Origin: an uncultured Gammaproteobacteria bacterium
GTDB taxonomy: Bacteria; Patescibacteriota; Patescibacteriia; CAYZDG01
DNA length: 64,000 nt
Assembly (NCBI GenBank): GCA_964536515.1
Contig: CAZHXI010000001.1
Coordinates: 31,480 to 95,479 of the forward strand
Direction of reading: 5' to 3'
The notes below the pieces were generated by a model, which saw only the letters and a list, made by a program, of their open reading frames with translations, was not told where the DNA came from and did no database searches. Shown here piece by piece: positions 28,955 to 37,817 of this stretch; within the stretch, counting starts at the first letter, position 1; every line of letters begins with the position of its first letter. A program made the translations under genes and the position numbers.

Positions 28955-29989
28955 ATGGCCAAGCCATCCGTCGTCTTCTTCGACCTCCGTCCCTGGGAGC
29001 AGGAATACCTGCAGCGTAAGCTGCCGGGCTACCGTGCCCAGTTCACCGCCGACTACGCCCACCGGGCAGACCTGAAGCAGTACCGTTCGGCCGAGGTGGT
29101 ATCTACCTTCACCAAGTCCAAGCTGGGCTCCGAGGTGCTGGCTAAGTTCCCCAAGCTCAAGATGGTCGCCACCCGTACCACGGGCTTCGACCACATCGAC
29201 CTCGCCTACTGCGCCAAGCGCAAGGTGATCGTTTCCAACGTCCCCAGCTACGGCGAGAATACCGTGGCCGAGCAGGCCTTCGCCCTTCTGATGCACCTCA
29301 CCCGCAAGGTGGCGGACGCCCAGCGGCGCGTGAGGGCGGGGGACTGGTCGTTCGACGGGCTGCAGGGCATCGACCTGAAGGGCAAGACAATGGGCGTGAT
29401 TGGCCTGGGTAGGATTGGGGCGCACGCCGCCCGCATCGCCCGCGGCTTCGGCATGGATGTCCTGGCCTACGACGTCATCCACCACCCCGAGTTGGCAAAG
29501 GAGATTGGCTTCCGCTACGTCGCGCTGCCCGAGCTGCTGAAGTCTAGCGACGTGGTGAGCGTGCACACCTTCCTCGCCCCCGAGACGCAGCACCTGCTGG
29601 ACCGTAGGGCGATCCGCTCCATGAAGCGGGGGGCGATTCTCATCAATACCGCCCGTGGCCCCATAGTGGACACCGCCGCGCTGGCGGAGGCGCTGCTGGA
29701 TGGCCACCTGGCCGGCGCTGGGCTCGACGTGCTGGAGGGGGAGGAGTACCTAGCCAATCCCAGCCTGCTGACCAAGGAGAAGCTAGCTGCGGCGCAGGTT
29801 CGCTCGCTGATGTTCGCCAACCTGCTGCTGGCTATGCCCAACGTGGTGGTGACGCCGCACAACGCCTTCAATACCGGCGAGGCAATCCGCCGTATTCTAG
29901 ATACGACCGTCGCCAACATTAAGGCGTTCGCCACTGGTAAGCCGGAGAACGTGGTCCCATCGGGCCCCGTGCCAAAGGCTCGGCGCTAG
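28955..29989 (+). CDS. D-isomer-specific 2-hydroxyacid (D-lactate-like) dehydrogenase
   Basis: TRTTGFDHID, G.IGLGRIG, INTARG and TPHNAF. Confidence 0.92.
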   Translation: MAKPSVVFFDLRPWEQEYLQRKLPGYRAQFTADYAHRADLKQYRSAEVVSTFTKSKLGSEVLAKFPKLKMVATRTTGFDHIDLAYCAKRKVIVSNVPSYGENTVAEQAFALLMHLTRKVADAQRRVRAGDWSFDGLQGIDLKGKTMGVIGLGRIGAHAARIARGFGMDVLAYDVIHHPELAKEIGFRYVALPELLKSSDVVSVHTFLAPETQHLLDRRAIRSMKRGAILINTARGPIVDTAALAEALLDGHLAGAGLDVLEGEEYLANPSLLTKEKLAAAQVRSLMFANLLLAMPNVVVTPHNAFNTGEAIRRILDTTVANIKAFATGKPENVVPSGPVPKARR

Positions 29990-30003
29990 CGTATAGTAGC
30001 CCT

Positions 30004-30492
30004 ATGTCCAACGACTCACCGCGAACGCCCAGCACAGCCCAGGACGTCTTCCTGCACCTGGGGATATTCGTAACCCTGTACACGGCCGTCATCAGCCTCG
30101 GCGGCGTAGTCTTCCAGCTCATCAATAAGCTGGTGCCAGACCCGCTGGTCAGCCGCTACCCGTCCTACGCCGAGGGCATTAGCCAGGCGCTGCGTATCTC
30201 GGTGGCGTCTCTGGTCGTCGCCGTGCCGCTCTGCCTGTGGCTGGGGGCGATTGCCGCGCGGCAGCTGCGGCAGGAGCCAGCTAAGCTGCGGCTGGGAATT
30301 CGCCGCGGACTCATCTACTTCACGCTGTTCGTCGCCGGGGCCGTGATGATGGTTACCCTCATCACCGTCGTGAATAGCCTGCTGGGCGGCGACCTAGAGG
30401 CCCGCTTCATCCTCAAGGCTCTGACCATTCTCGTCTTGGGCGGCGCCACCTTCGGCTACCATATGTGGGAGGTTAAGCAGCACGGGGTATGA
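30004..30492 (+). CDS. DUF5671-like membrane protein
   Basis: Four TM segments; IY.TLFVA...GDL..RF.LK pattern. Confidence 0.65.
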   Translation: MSNDSPRTPSTAQDVFLHLGIFVTLYTAVISLGGVVFQLINKLVPDPLVSRYPSYAEGISQALRISVASLVVAVPLCLWLGAIAARQLRQEPAKLRLGIRRGLIYFTLFVAGAVMMVTLITVVNSLLGGDLEARFILKALTILVLGGATFGYHMWEVKQHGV

Positions 30493-31004
30493 ACGTCCGT
30501 CGCATCGCAGCTCTCACCCTGGCCGGCGTCAGCGCCGTTGCGGTGGTCGCCAGCTTAGCCATTGCCGGCTCGCCCTCCAGGGCGCGCCTGCAGCGGTACG
30601 ACTACCAGCGGGTAGCTGACCTGCAGACCATAGACGGCGCGGTGGTAACCTACGCCAGCCGGCAGTACCGCCTATCCGGTGAGGCCGGCCTACCTACCGG
30701 CGGCGCGCTGCTGCCCGAGAACCTAGCGGCGCTACGTCAGATGCCCGGCTACGGCGAGCTGTTCCTGCAGGACCCCATTACCGAGCAGCCCTACACCTAC
30801 CGCGTGGTGGACGGCGTTACCTACGAGCTGTGTGCGACTTTCCAGGCTGCCAGCCAAGAGCAGGCAGAGGATAGCCCCCTGGCTCCAACCTGGAGCCACG
30901 GCGTTGGGCCGACCTGCTTCACTCGGTCTATTGATCCCGTGCAGTTCGGTTCAGAGGGCAGCGGGTACCCGATTGGGGTACCGAAGCCGCTACCGCTGCA
31001 GTAG
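30489..31004 (+). CDS. Membrane-anchored hypothetical protein (pseudopilin-like, DUF5671 partner)
   Basis: GSP..AR..R.D.QR..DL..I, LP..L, DP.T..PY.Y and YELCA.F. Confidence 0.65.
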   Translation: MNVRRIAALTLAGVSAVAVVASLAIAGSPSRARLQRYDYQRVADLQTIDGAVVTYASRQYRLSGEAGLPTGGALLPENLAALRQMPGYGELFLQDPITEQPYTYRVVDGVTYELCATFQAASQEQAEDSPLAPTWSHGVGPTCFTRSIDPVQFGSEGSGYPIGVPKPLPLQ

Positions 31005-31457
31005 GGTAATCGCTGCGGCGAGCGTTGCCAGCTGCACGCCGTAGCCAATCCACGGCCGCACCAAGCCCCGCCCCAGCAGGCGGTGTGCCTTCAGGTGCAG
31101 CTGCTCGAACCAGCGCAGCCAGGGAATCCCCGGGCGCAGCGCAGCTATGCCCCAGAGTAGGTCTGGCAGAGCTGCGCCCGCTGCTGCCGCAATAGCTATC
31201 GGTCCGACGACGACGCCAGACCTCACCAGCCAGGCTAGGAGGATAACCCAGGTCGCGATATCCGCTGCGCCGAAAGTAATTACGAACCTCCGTGTGCTCC
31301 ATCCCCGTGCGTGGAGCCGGTCCAGCAGGTAGTCGTCGCCGTGGGGGATCATGTCTAGGATGAAGTGGCTCGCCAGGCCGAATAGCCCGGCCAGCGCGGG
31401 GCTGCCCAGGTTCTGCGTGGCGGCAATTGCTGCCGCGGCGTGCACTGCTATGAACAT
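30990..31457 (-). CDS. Hypothetical membrane protein, possibly metal-binding
   Basis: H near N-terminus, SHFILD.IPH.D, LPD and H..H motifs. Confidence 0.65.
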   Translation of the reverse strand: MFIAVHAAAAIAATQNLGSPALAGLFGLASHFILDMIPHGDDYLLDRLHARGWSTRRFVITFGAADIATWVILLAWLVRSGVVVGPIAIAAAAGAALPDLLWGIAALRPGIPWLRWFEQLHLKAHRLLGRGLVRPWIGYGVQLATLAAAITLLQR

Positions 31458-31467
31458 TTCGTAGGGG

Positions 31468-31544
31468 TGGTAGCGGGGGGCGGAGTCGAACCGCCGACCT
31501 AAGGGTTATGAATCCTTCGCTCTTACCACCTGAGCTACCCCGCC
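31468..31544 (-). tRNA. tRNA-Met(CAT), probably elongator
   Basis: Cloverleaf GGCGGGGTAGCTCAG..TTCATAA..GGTTCGACTCC..CTACCA. Confidence 0.9.
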
Positions 31545-31584
31545 ACGGGACGGATGAATCTACCTCGGTATCAAAGTATAAACT

Positions 31585-31660
31585 TGGTAGCGGGGGCGGG
31601 ACTCGAACCCGCAACCTCTTGGTTATGAGCCAAGCGAGCTGCCAATTGCTCTACCCCGCA
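31585..31660 (-). tRNA. Initiator tRNA-fMet(CAT), atypical
   Basis: 76 nt, 1:72 mismatch (U:U), A11:U24, CTCATAA loop, encoded CCA. Confidence 0.9.
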
Positions 31661-31716
31661 ATAGTGGAAGGCGCACCCGTAGGTGCGCCCCCCATAGTAC
31701 TGGCTGGAATGGTTCT

Positions 31717-32001
31717 TTACAAGACCGCGTCCTTGGCCGCCTTGGCGACCCGGAACTTGACCACCGTCTTGGCGGCAATCTTAATCGACTCGCCGGTCGC
31801 TGGGTTGCGGCCCATGCGGGCGGGGCGGTCGATCTTCACCAGCTTCCCGAGGCCGGGAATGGTGAACTCGCCGGCGCGCTTCACCTCCTTGTAGGCGCCC
31901 TCTACCAGGGCGTTCAGGAAATTAGCGGCATCCTTCTTCGCGCCGCCGGTGCTGGTAGCCAGCATATCCAGCAGCTGCGACTTCGTTAGCTTCTGAGCCA
32001 T
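31717..32001 (-). CDS. hup: HU family DNA-binding protein
   Basis: IPGLGKL...RPARMGRNPATGE.IKI.AK..VKFR. Confidence 0.95.
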   Translation of the reverse strand: MAQKLTKSQLLDMLATSTGGAKKDAANFLNALVEGAYKEVKRAGEFTIPGLGKLVKIDRPARMGRNPATGESIKIAAKTVVKFRVAKAAKDAVL

Positions 32002-32098
32002 AGCTTTAGGTTACGGTTTAGGTTAGGCCTGTATTATAAGGCTTTTTCAATAAAGGGAAATCCCCAGGCTAGGGGATTCGTGTACAATGCCAGCAGGT

Positions 32099-32809
32099 AT
32101 GACCATTTCGTTCGTGGTGCCAGCCCGGAATGAGGAGCGGTACATAGAGCAGACGCTCCGTGCTATTTTGGCTCAACCGAGCGAATTGATTAAGGAAATA
32201 ACGTTGGTAGACAACGGCAGCACCGACCGAACCGTGGCCCTCGCCACGGCTCTGGATCCCCGCATCAAGGTCCTCTCGCAGCCCCGCCCGGGCATTGCCC
32301 CGACCAAGGCCGCTGGCATTGCAGCTGCCCAGGGGGATATTGTGGCCTGCATCGACGCCGACACCGTAATTCCACCCCACTGGGCCGCCCGGGTCGTATC
32401 CGCCTTTACCCACCAGCCCCAGCTGGCGGCAGTTTCTGGCCCCTACGTCTTCGATATGGAACCCGTGGGCCGTGCCCTGAATGCCCTGTACCAGGTAATC
32501 GGCTTCGTTCCGCTGCACGCCCTGGTGAACTGGCTCGGCTTTATGGCTGTAGCTAACGGCGGCAACCTCGCCATACGTCATTCAGCCTGCCGCGACCTGG
32601 GCGACTACGTAGACGTGGTCAAGTTCCACGGCGAGGATGCCTACCTCATTCGCCAGGTTCGCCGCCGTGGCCCGGTGCTGTTCAGCCCCAGGTTCGCCGC
32701 CTTCTCCAGCGACCGCCGCCTACGTGCCAATGGCCGCCTCAAGGTAGTGGGGGATAACGCTATAAGCTGGCTCTCGGTGGCGCTGCGCGGCAAGCCAGCA
32801 GAGCTGTAG
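32099..32809 (+). CDS. Glycosyltransferase family 2
   Basis: VVPARNEE, VDNGSTD.T, DAD, GED and S.RR. Confidence 0.9.
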   Translation: MTISFVVPARNEERYIEQTLRAILAQPSELIKEITLVDNGSTDRTVALATALDPRIKVLSQPRPGIAPTKAAGIAAAQGDIVACIDADTVIPPHWAARVVSAFTHQPQLAAVSGPYVFDMEPVGRALNALYQVIGFVPLHALVNWLGFMAVANGGNLAIRHSACRDLGDYVDVVKFHGEDAYLIRQVRRRGPVLFSPRFAAFSSDRRLRANGRLKVVGDNAISWLSVALRGKPAEL

Positions 32810-32811
32810 CT

Positions 32812-33180
32812 ATGGATACGCTGCGCGACGTCGTTTCGGTTCAGTTCGTGGCTGCATGCCTGGGCGCGGCGCTGGTTCTGGTGGAGATATTTCGCCAGGG
32901 TGGCCGCTACAGCATTAAGCTGGTGACGGGCATTGGCCTGGGGTCTGCCCTGGTCTTAGCTATCGGCTCTGGCTACCTAGAGCTCACGGCGTTCTCCGTC
33001 CGCATCGTCGTCTTGAGCTGGCTCAGCTTCTTCGGCGGCTACCTGGGCGCGGCGCTGCTGGTGGCCCTGTACGCCGTGGCCGTGGTCAGCCTGTGCCTGG
33101 CCGTTGTCGGTCTCAATCGGACGTGGGGTTGGGTAAGCCAGCGGCTGACGCGTCCGCGAAGCCGTACTGTCCCTCACTGA
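32812..33180 (+). CDS. Hypothetical membrane protein
   Basis: 122 aa hydrophobic ORF 2 nt after the GT2 stop. Confidence 0.55.
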   Translation: MDTLRDVVSVQFVAACLGAALVLVEIFRQGGRYSIKLVTGIGLGSALVLAIGSGYLELTAFSVRIVVLSWLSFFGGYLGAALLVALYAVAVVSLCLAVVGLNRTWGWVSQRLTRPRSRTVPH

Positions 33181-33183
33181 ATT

Positions 33184-33270
33184 TGGTGCCGGGGGAGGGG
33201 GTCGAACCCTCACGATCTTGCGATCTCGGGATTTTGAGTCCCGTGCGTCTGCCAGTTTCGCCACCCCGGC
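33184..33270 (-). tRNA. tRNA-Leu(CAA)
   Basis: GCCGGGGTGGCGAAACTGGCAGACGC..CTCAAAA..long variable arm..GGTTCGACCCC..CACCA. Confidence 0.93.
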
Positions 33271-33332
33271 TCGACGTCAGTCCACCATACCCTTGGGGCA
33301 GCGTCAACGCGACGGTATACTGACTGCCTGCT

Positions 33333-34106
33333 ATGAGCCGAACGATTGCCATCGTCAACCAGAAGGGCGGGGTGCGCAAGACCACTTCGGCCGTTACCAG
33401 GAGCCCAGCACTGGCCCGCCCGGGTTTCCGCGTGCTGCTGGTCGACGCAGACCCGCAGGGCAACGCTACGTCAGGCCTGGGCATAAACCCGCACGAGCTT
33501 CCGCACAGCCTGTACGATGTGATCGCCGAGGGGCCGACCACCGTCGCCGACGTACGGCTAGGCACGACCGTAGACAAGCTGCACGTGGTGCCCGCGCGGC
33601 CCGACCTAGCCGGGGCCAACGTAGAGCTGGTGGGCATGCCCGAGCGAGAGTTCCGCCTGCACCGGGCCCTGCAGCCGATTGCGGATGACTACGACTTCAT
33701 CATCATAGACAATCCTCCGTCTCTCGGCTTGTTGACCATCAACGGGCTGGTAGCGGCCCACGACGTGCTGATTCCCGTGCAGTGCGAGTACTACGCGCTG
33801 GAGGGGCTGGGCCAGCTGCTGCGCACGGTGGAGCTGGTCCGCAGCAACCTCAAGCCGGACCTCAACATACTCGGCGCTGTGATGACCATGTACGACGGCC
33901 GCAATAAGCTCAGCGAGGCGGTGTTCAACGAGCTGTACCAGTACTTCCCCAACCGCATCTTCCGCACCGTCATTCCGCGGACGGTCCGCTTGGCCGAGGC
34001 GCCCTCGCACGGGCAGGACATTGGCGTGTACGAGCCCGAGGGTAGGGCCGCCCGCGCCTACGGCAAGCTGGCCCAGGAGGTAGCTGCGGCGTACAGGGGC
34101 TGGTAG
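33333..34106 (+). CDS. parA: ParA/Soj ATPase (Walker A region aberrant)
   Basis: NQKGGVxKTT, DADPQGNAT, IID.PPSLG, IPVQCEYYALEG and LAEAPS. Confidence 0.9.
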   Translation: MSRTIAIVNQKGGVRKTTSAVTRSPALARPGFRVLLVDADPQGNATSGLGINPHELPHSLYDVIAEGPTTVADVRLGTTVDKLHVVPARPDLAGANVELVGMPEREFRLHRALQPIADDYDFIIIDNPPSLGLLTINGLVAAHDVLIPVQCEYYALEGLGQLLRTVELVRSNLKPDLNILGAVMTMYDGRNKLSEAVFNELYQYFPNRIFRTVIPRTVRLAEAPSHGQDIGVYEPEGRAARAYGKLAQEVAAAYRGW

Positions 34107-34110
34107 GGGG

Positions 34111-34192
34111 AGGACTGAGGACGCAGGACTTAGGACATAGAACCCCAATCGTTTCCCGTCCTATGTCCTAAGTTCTGTTTCCTGTATTCTAC
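34111..34192. repeat. Inverted heptamer repeat tract between parA and parB
   Basis: AGGACTG-AGGACGC-AGGACTT-AGGACAT ... GTCCTAT-GTCCTAA-GTTCTGT-TTCCTGT. Confidence 0.7.
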
Positions 34193-34196
34193 CTGC

Positions 34197-35069
34197 ATGG
34201 CATCACCACTCGGCCGAGGACTGGGCGCAATCATTCCCTCGGCGAACCCTGTCCCGACTACCCCCGCTCCGGCCGTCGTTGCGCCGTCATCCGACGACCA
34301 GGTGTTACACCTGGCGCTGGGGCAATTGAAGCCAAACCCCCACCAGGCTCGCCAGGTATTCGACCCCGCCAGCCTGGATGAGCTGGTTTCGTCCATCCGT
34401 GAGCACGGCATTCTGGTGCCGCTCGTCGTTACCCCGACCGGGGACGGCTCGTACTACATTGTGGCGGGGGAGCGGCGGTTCCGCGCCGCTGGCCAGGCCG
34501 GGCTAGACACCGTGCCCGCCATTGTGCGGCAGGCCTCGGACCTGCAGCGCATGGAGCTGGGCCTAATCGAGAACATCCAGCGCACCGACCTGAACGCCGT
34601 TGAGCTCGCGCACGCCTACCAGAAGCTGGCAGACGAGTTCTCGCTGACGCAGGAGCAGATAGCGCAGAAGGTGGGCAAGGCGCGCCCCTCGGTGGCCAAC
34701 ACGCTGCGCGTGCTGCAGCTGCCGGACGAGGTCCAGCACGCCATAGCGGACGGCAAGATTACGTTCGCCCACGCCAAGGTGCTGCTCTCCACGCCCGAGG
34801 CCGAGCGCGACGCGCTGTTCCGCAAGATGCTGTCTGGCCAGCTATCGGTCCGTGCCTCGGCTATGGCAGCCGAGCCCAGCACCATCGTGCACAGCCACCG
34901 ACGCCGCAGGGGCAAGAGCCCGCAGCTGCAGGAGCTAGAGAAGCAGCTGCAGGATAAGCTGGGTACCAAGGTGCGCATCGGCGCCCAGGGCAACGGCGGC
35001 GAGATTAGCGTTACCTACTACGACCAGGCGGAGCTGGCGCGCATCAGCCGCCAGCTGCTGGGGGAGTGA
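34197..35069 (+). CDS. parB: ParB/Spo0J
   Basis: LGRGL.A, PNPHQ.R..F, VAGERRFRA, LIENIQR.DL and HTH GKARPSVANTLR. Confidence 0.95.
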   Translation: MASPLGRGLGAIIPSANPVPTTPAPAVVAPSSDDQVLHLALGQLKPNPHQARQVFDPASLDELVSSIREHGILVPLVVTPTGDGSYYIVAGERRFRAAGQAGLDTVPAIVRQASDLQRMELGLIENIQRTDLNAVELAHAYQKLADEFSLTQEQIAQKVGKARPSVANTLRVLQLPDEVQHAIADGKITFAHAKVLLSTPEAERDALFRKMLSGQLSVRASAMAAEPSTIVHSHRRRRGKSPQLQELEKQLQDKLGTKVRIGAQGNGGEISVTYYDQAELARISRQLLGE

Positions 35070-35079
35070 TAATCTTGCA

Positions 35080-35106
35080 TGTCATGCCGGGCTCGACCCG
35101 GCATCT
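35080..35106. repeat. GTCAT-class REP-like hairpin
   Basis: TGTCATGCCGGGCTCGACCCGGCATCT. Confidence 0.55.
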
Positions 35107-35235
35107 ATTTGACACCCCTCTAGACGGAGGGGTATAGCTACCGAGCACTTGAATCTGCTCCTTGAAATTTCACAAAGTAGGAGCAGCCGTTGGCTCGTCG
35201 GACTCGAGCCGTAAGCAAGAAAGGAAAGGTGTGTC

Positions 35236-36087
35236 ATGGCTTTCCATGGTGCGTCTCCACATTTCTATGAATCTCCCGAAGTCGTTGAGGAATTCGGAAG
35301 AGATGGCGGCCTCATACATGAGGTCGTTGTAGCTGGACGGAAACAGGGAATCGGCAAAAAGTTTTGGGCATACCTAGCCCACAGCCCCGAGGTGTTCGAG
35401 GCTGTCATACAGTTCGTGAACGAAGGTAGGGCACGACCCTGCATTGAGTACAGGAGAGCCATTGGGCTACTGGAATCTGTTAATTCAATTGATGCCCAAC
35501 AGGCAGGGTACTGTTGGCTGGAGAAGCCACAGAATTACGGTGTCCACTACACCAAGGCTACGCTCGACGTGTGCATGGTCGAGAATGCCCAGGGTAAGGC
35601 TGACTGGCGTTTGGTATACCTATTCAACCTTAGCTTGAGCAATATTGTTAAGAAGCTAGAGCCGGGTAGCGTACACTACGTGCCGTTCGGTCTCGTTCTA
35701 GAGCGTCCGCCGTTAGGCGATTGGTCCCACGGGGCAAAGCCGGAGGGGTACTACCTAATTAACTTCAAGCCGCAATTCCTTGGGTGTAATTGGTCAGCCA
35801 AAGTTGAAGAGATGGAGAAGCTCGATGGTAGGTTCTTTTGGCCCAATCCTGCATCCATTGCTCAGGCGATTATGTCCGCGGGTACCATTCCCGGTGCCGA
35901 CCCGACCCAAGTGGGTCGACCGGAGAAAAAATTATTGCTCCGACATGGTGCACACGTAGCGTACGACGGGAATTTTGTTAGCATTACCCGCTGGCTCGAT
36001 GAGAAGAGCGTGCAGTGGTCGCCAATTGAAAAGGATGACGACCTCGCGAGCAGCGCTGGCGTATGCATTGGTTTACGATGGGAGTAA
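35236..36087 (+). CDS. Hypothetical protein, lower GC; possible C-type-lectin-fold relative of CPR DGR targets
   Basis: 283 aa ORF with its own TTGACA promoter (35109), SD AAGGA and terminator. Confidence 0.7.
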   Translation: MAFHGASPHFYESPEVVEEFGRDGGLIHEVVVAGRKQGIGKKFWAYLAHSPEVFEAVIQFVNEGRARPCIEYRRAIGLLESVNSIDAQQAGYCWLEKPQNYGVHYTKATLDVCMVENAQGKADWRLVYLFNLSLSNIVKKLEPGSVHYVPFGLVLERPPLGDWSHGAKPEGYYLINFKPQFLGCNWSAKVEEMEKLDGRFFWPNPASIAQAIMSAGTIPGADPTQVGRPEKKLLLRHGAHVAYDGNFVSITRWLDEKSVQWSPIEKDDDLASSAGVCIGLRWE

Positions 36088-36107
36088 CTGCCTGCTAGAG
36101 GCAGCCA

Positions 36108-36132
36108 AGGCCCCGGGAAAATCCCGGGGCCT
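36108..36132. terminator. Hairpin terminator
   Basis: AGGCCCCGGGA-AAA-TCCCGGGGCCT. Confidence 0.75.
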
Positions 36133-36143
36133 CATTCTATTCT

Positions 36144-37637
36144 CTAGCTATCGTTCCGGCCGGGGAGGAAGCGGCGGAGTAGGCCGAGGTTGTCGTTGCG
36201 CAGCCTCTGCTTTATCTTGGCGCGGGCCTGGTTTGTAGCTACGAACTCTAGCCAGTCCTGCTTGGGCTTGCCGCCGGCCTTGTTGGCCGCGATTTCAACA
36301 ACGTCGCCGCTGTGCAGGTGGTGGGAGAGTGGAACCTGCATGCCGTTCACCCGCGCCCCGATGCAGCTGTCTCCCAGCTGGGTATGCACGTGGTAGGCAA
36401 AGTCTACGGGCGTGGCGCCCTCGGGCAGGTCGATTACGTCACCCTTGGGGGTGAACACGAACAGCCGGTGCGAGAACAGGTCCAGCCGCAGCCCCTCTAG
36501 GTACTGCTCGTGCGTCGGCGCCTCTTCCTGCCAGGCTTTGAGCTGCGTCAGCCACTCCCGCTGCCAGCGGCTTAGCCGCTTGGCGCTGCCCTCCTTGTAG
36601 CGCCAGTGCGAGGCTAGGCCGAACTCGGCCTGCTCGTGCATCTCGCGGTCGCGTATCTGGAACTCCACCACGTGGCCCTTGTCCGCGAATACGGTGGTGT
36701 GCAGCGAACGGTAGCCGTTGGACTTGGGCTGGGCAATGTAGTCTTTTATCCTGCCCTTCAGCGGCGTCCACAGGCGGTGCAGCACGCCCAGGCAGACGTA
36801 GCAGTCCGCCACCGTGGGCACCACTATGCGCAGGGCCACCAGGTCGTACACCTTGCTGGGGTCGTCGCCGTGGCGCCGCAGCTTGCGGTAGAGCGAGAAG
36901 CGGTGCTTGACCCGGCCCTCCAGGCTGATGATGGGCACGCCGTTCTGCTTCAGAGCCTTAACCGCCTCGTGCCTAATCTGCTCTAGGTACTTCTTCTCCG
37001 CCGGTAGCGCCTTGGCCATTAACGTATCCACCGACCTGGCGCCGTCTGGGTCGGCGTAGGGGAAGGCGGCGTCCTCCAGCTGGCCGCGTAGCTCGCCCAT
37101 GCCCAGCCGGTCCGCGATGGCGGCGTAGATGTCTATGCTCTCGCGGGCGATGCGCTGCTGCTTAACCGGCGGCAGCACGTCCAGCGTGGCTAGGTTATCT
37201 AGCCTATCCGCGAACTTGATGAGTATCACCCGCACGTCGTCCGCCATGGCCACGAACATCTTGCGTAGGTTCTCGGCGTAGCGTTCTAGCCCGCGGTACT
37301 TGAGCGTGCCCAGCTTGGTGATGCCGTCCACCAGCTTGGCTACCTCCTTGCCGAAGCGTTCCTGCACCTCGTCCTGCGTTCGCTCCGTGTCCTCCGGCAC
37401 ATCGTGCAGCAGGCCGGCCACGACCGTGGGCACGTCCATGCCCCAGCGGGCCAGGGTTAGGGCGGTGCGGGCGGGGTGGTTTATGTAGGGCTCGCCGCTG
37501 TGGCGCCTCTGGTCGCCGTGGGCCTCGGTCGCAAAGCGGTAGGCGTCCGCGATGGGCTGCACGTCGTCGCCGGGCCGCTGCTGCCGCACGGCGTTCAGTA
37601 TTTGCTCCAGCGTTGGCGCGGGCGGGGGCGTAGGCAT
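36144..37637 (-). CDS. rel: RelA/SpoT homolog (HD + synthetase + TGS; no ZFD/ACT)
   Basis: H..Q.R.SGEPY..HP, LLHDV.ED, DRLDN, KDYIA.PK.NGY.SLHT, EFQIR, FVFTPKG and DFAY.VHT. Confidence 0.93.
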   Translation of the reverse strand: MPTPPPAPTLEQILNAVRQQRPGDDVQPIADAYRFATEAHGDQRRHSGEPYINHPARTALTLARWGMDVPTVVAGLLHDVPEDTERTQDEVQERFGKEVAKLVDGITKLGTLKYRGLERYAENLRKMFVAMADDVRVILIKFADRLDNLATLDVLPPVKQQRIARESIDIYAAIADRLGMGELRGQLEDAAFPYADPDGARSVDTLMAKALPAEKKYLEQIRHEAVKALKQNGVPIISLEGRVKHRFSLYRKLRRHGDDPSKVYDLVALRIVVPTVADCYVCLGVLHRLWTPLKGRIKDYIAQPKSNGYRSLHTTVFADKGHVVEFQIRDREMHEQAEFGLASHWRYKEGSAKRLSRWQREWLTQLKAWQEEAPTHEQYLEGLRLDLFSHRLFVFTPKGDVIDLPEGATPVDFAYHVHTQLGDSCIGARVNGMQVPLSHHLHSGDVVEIAANKAGGKPKQDWLEFVATNQARAKIKQRLRNDNLGLLRRFLPGRNDS

Positions 37638-37722
37638 GGGGGAATAGTATCCCGAACCAGAGGCGCGCTGCTAGGCGACCTCGGTTCGGGACCCCGCACC
37701 GGACGTAGTCCTGGTGCGGGGC

Positions 37723-37782
37723 AGGACTGGGGACGGAGGACAGAGGGCGGGATTTAGAACATAGAACTGAGAACACAGAGAG
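37723..37782. repeat. Heptamer repeat tract (AGGACNN/AGAACNN)
   Basis: AGGACTG-GGGACGG-AGGACAG...AGAACAT-AGAACTG-AGAACAC; preceded by the hairpin CCCCGCACC..GGTGCGGGG (37692-37721). Confidence 0.65.
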
Positions 37783-37817
37783 GGCGCCGCGAAGCGGCGC
37801 CCCACATGTGTTTTGAC

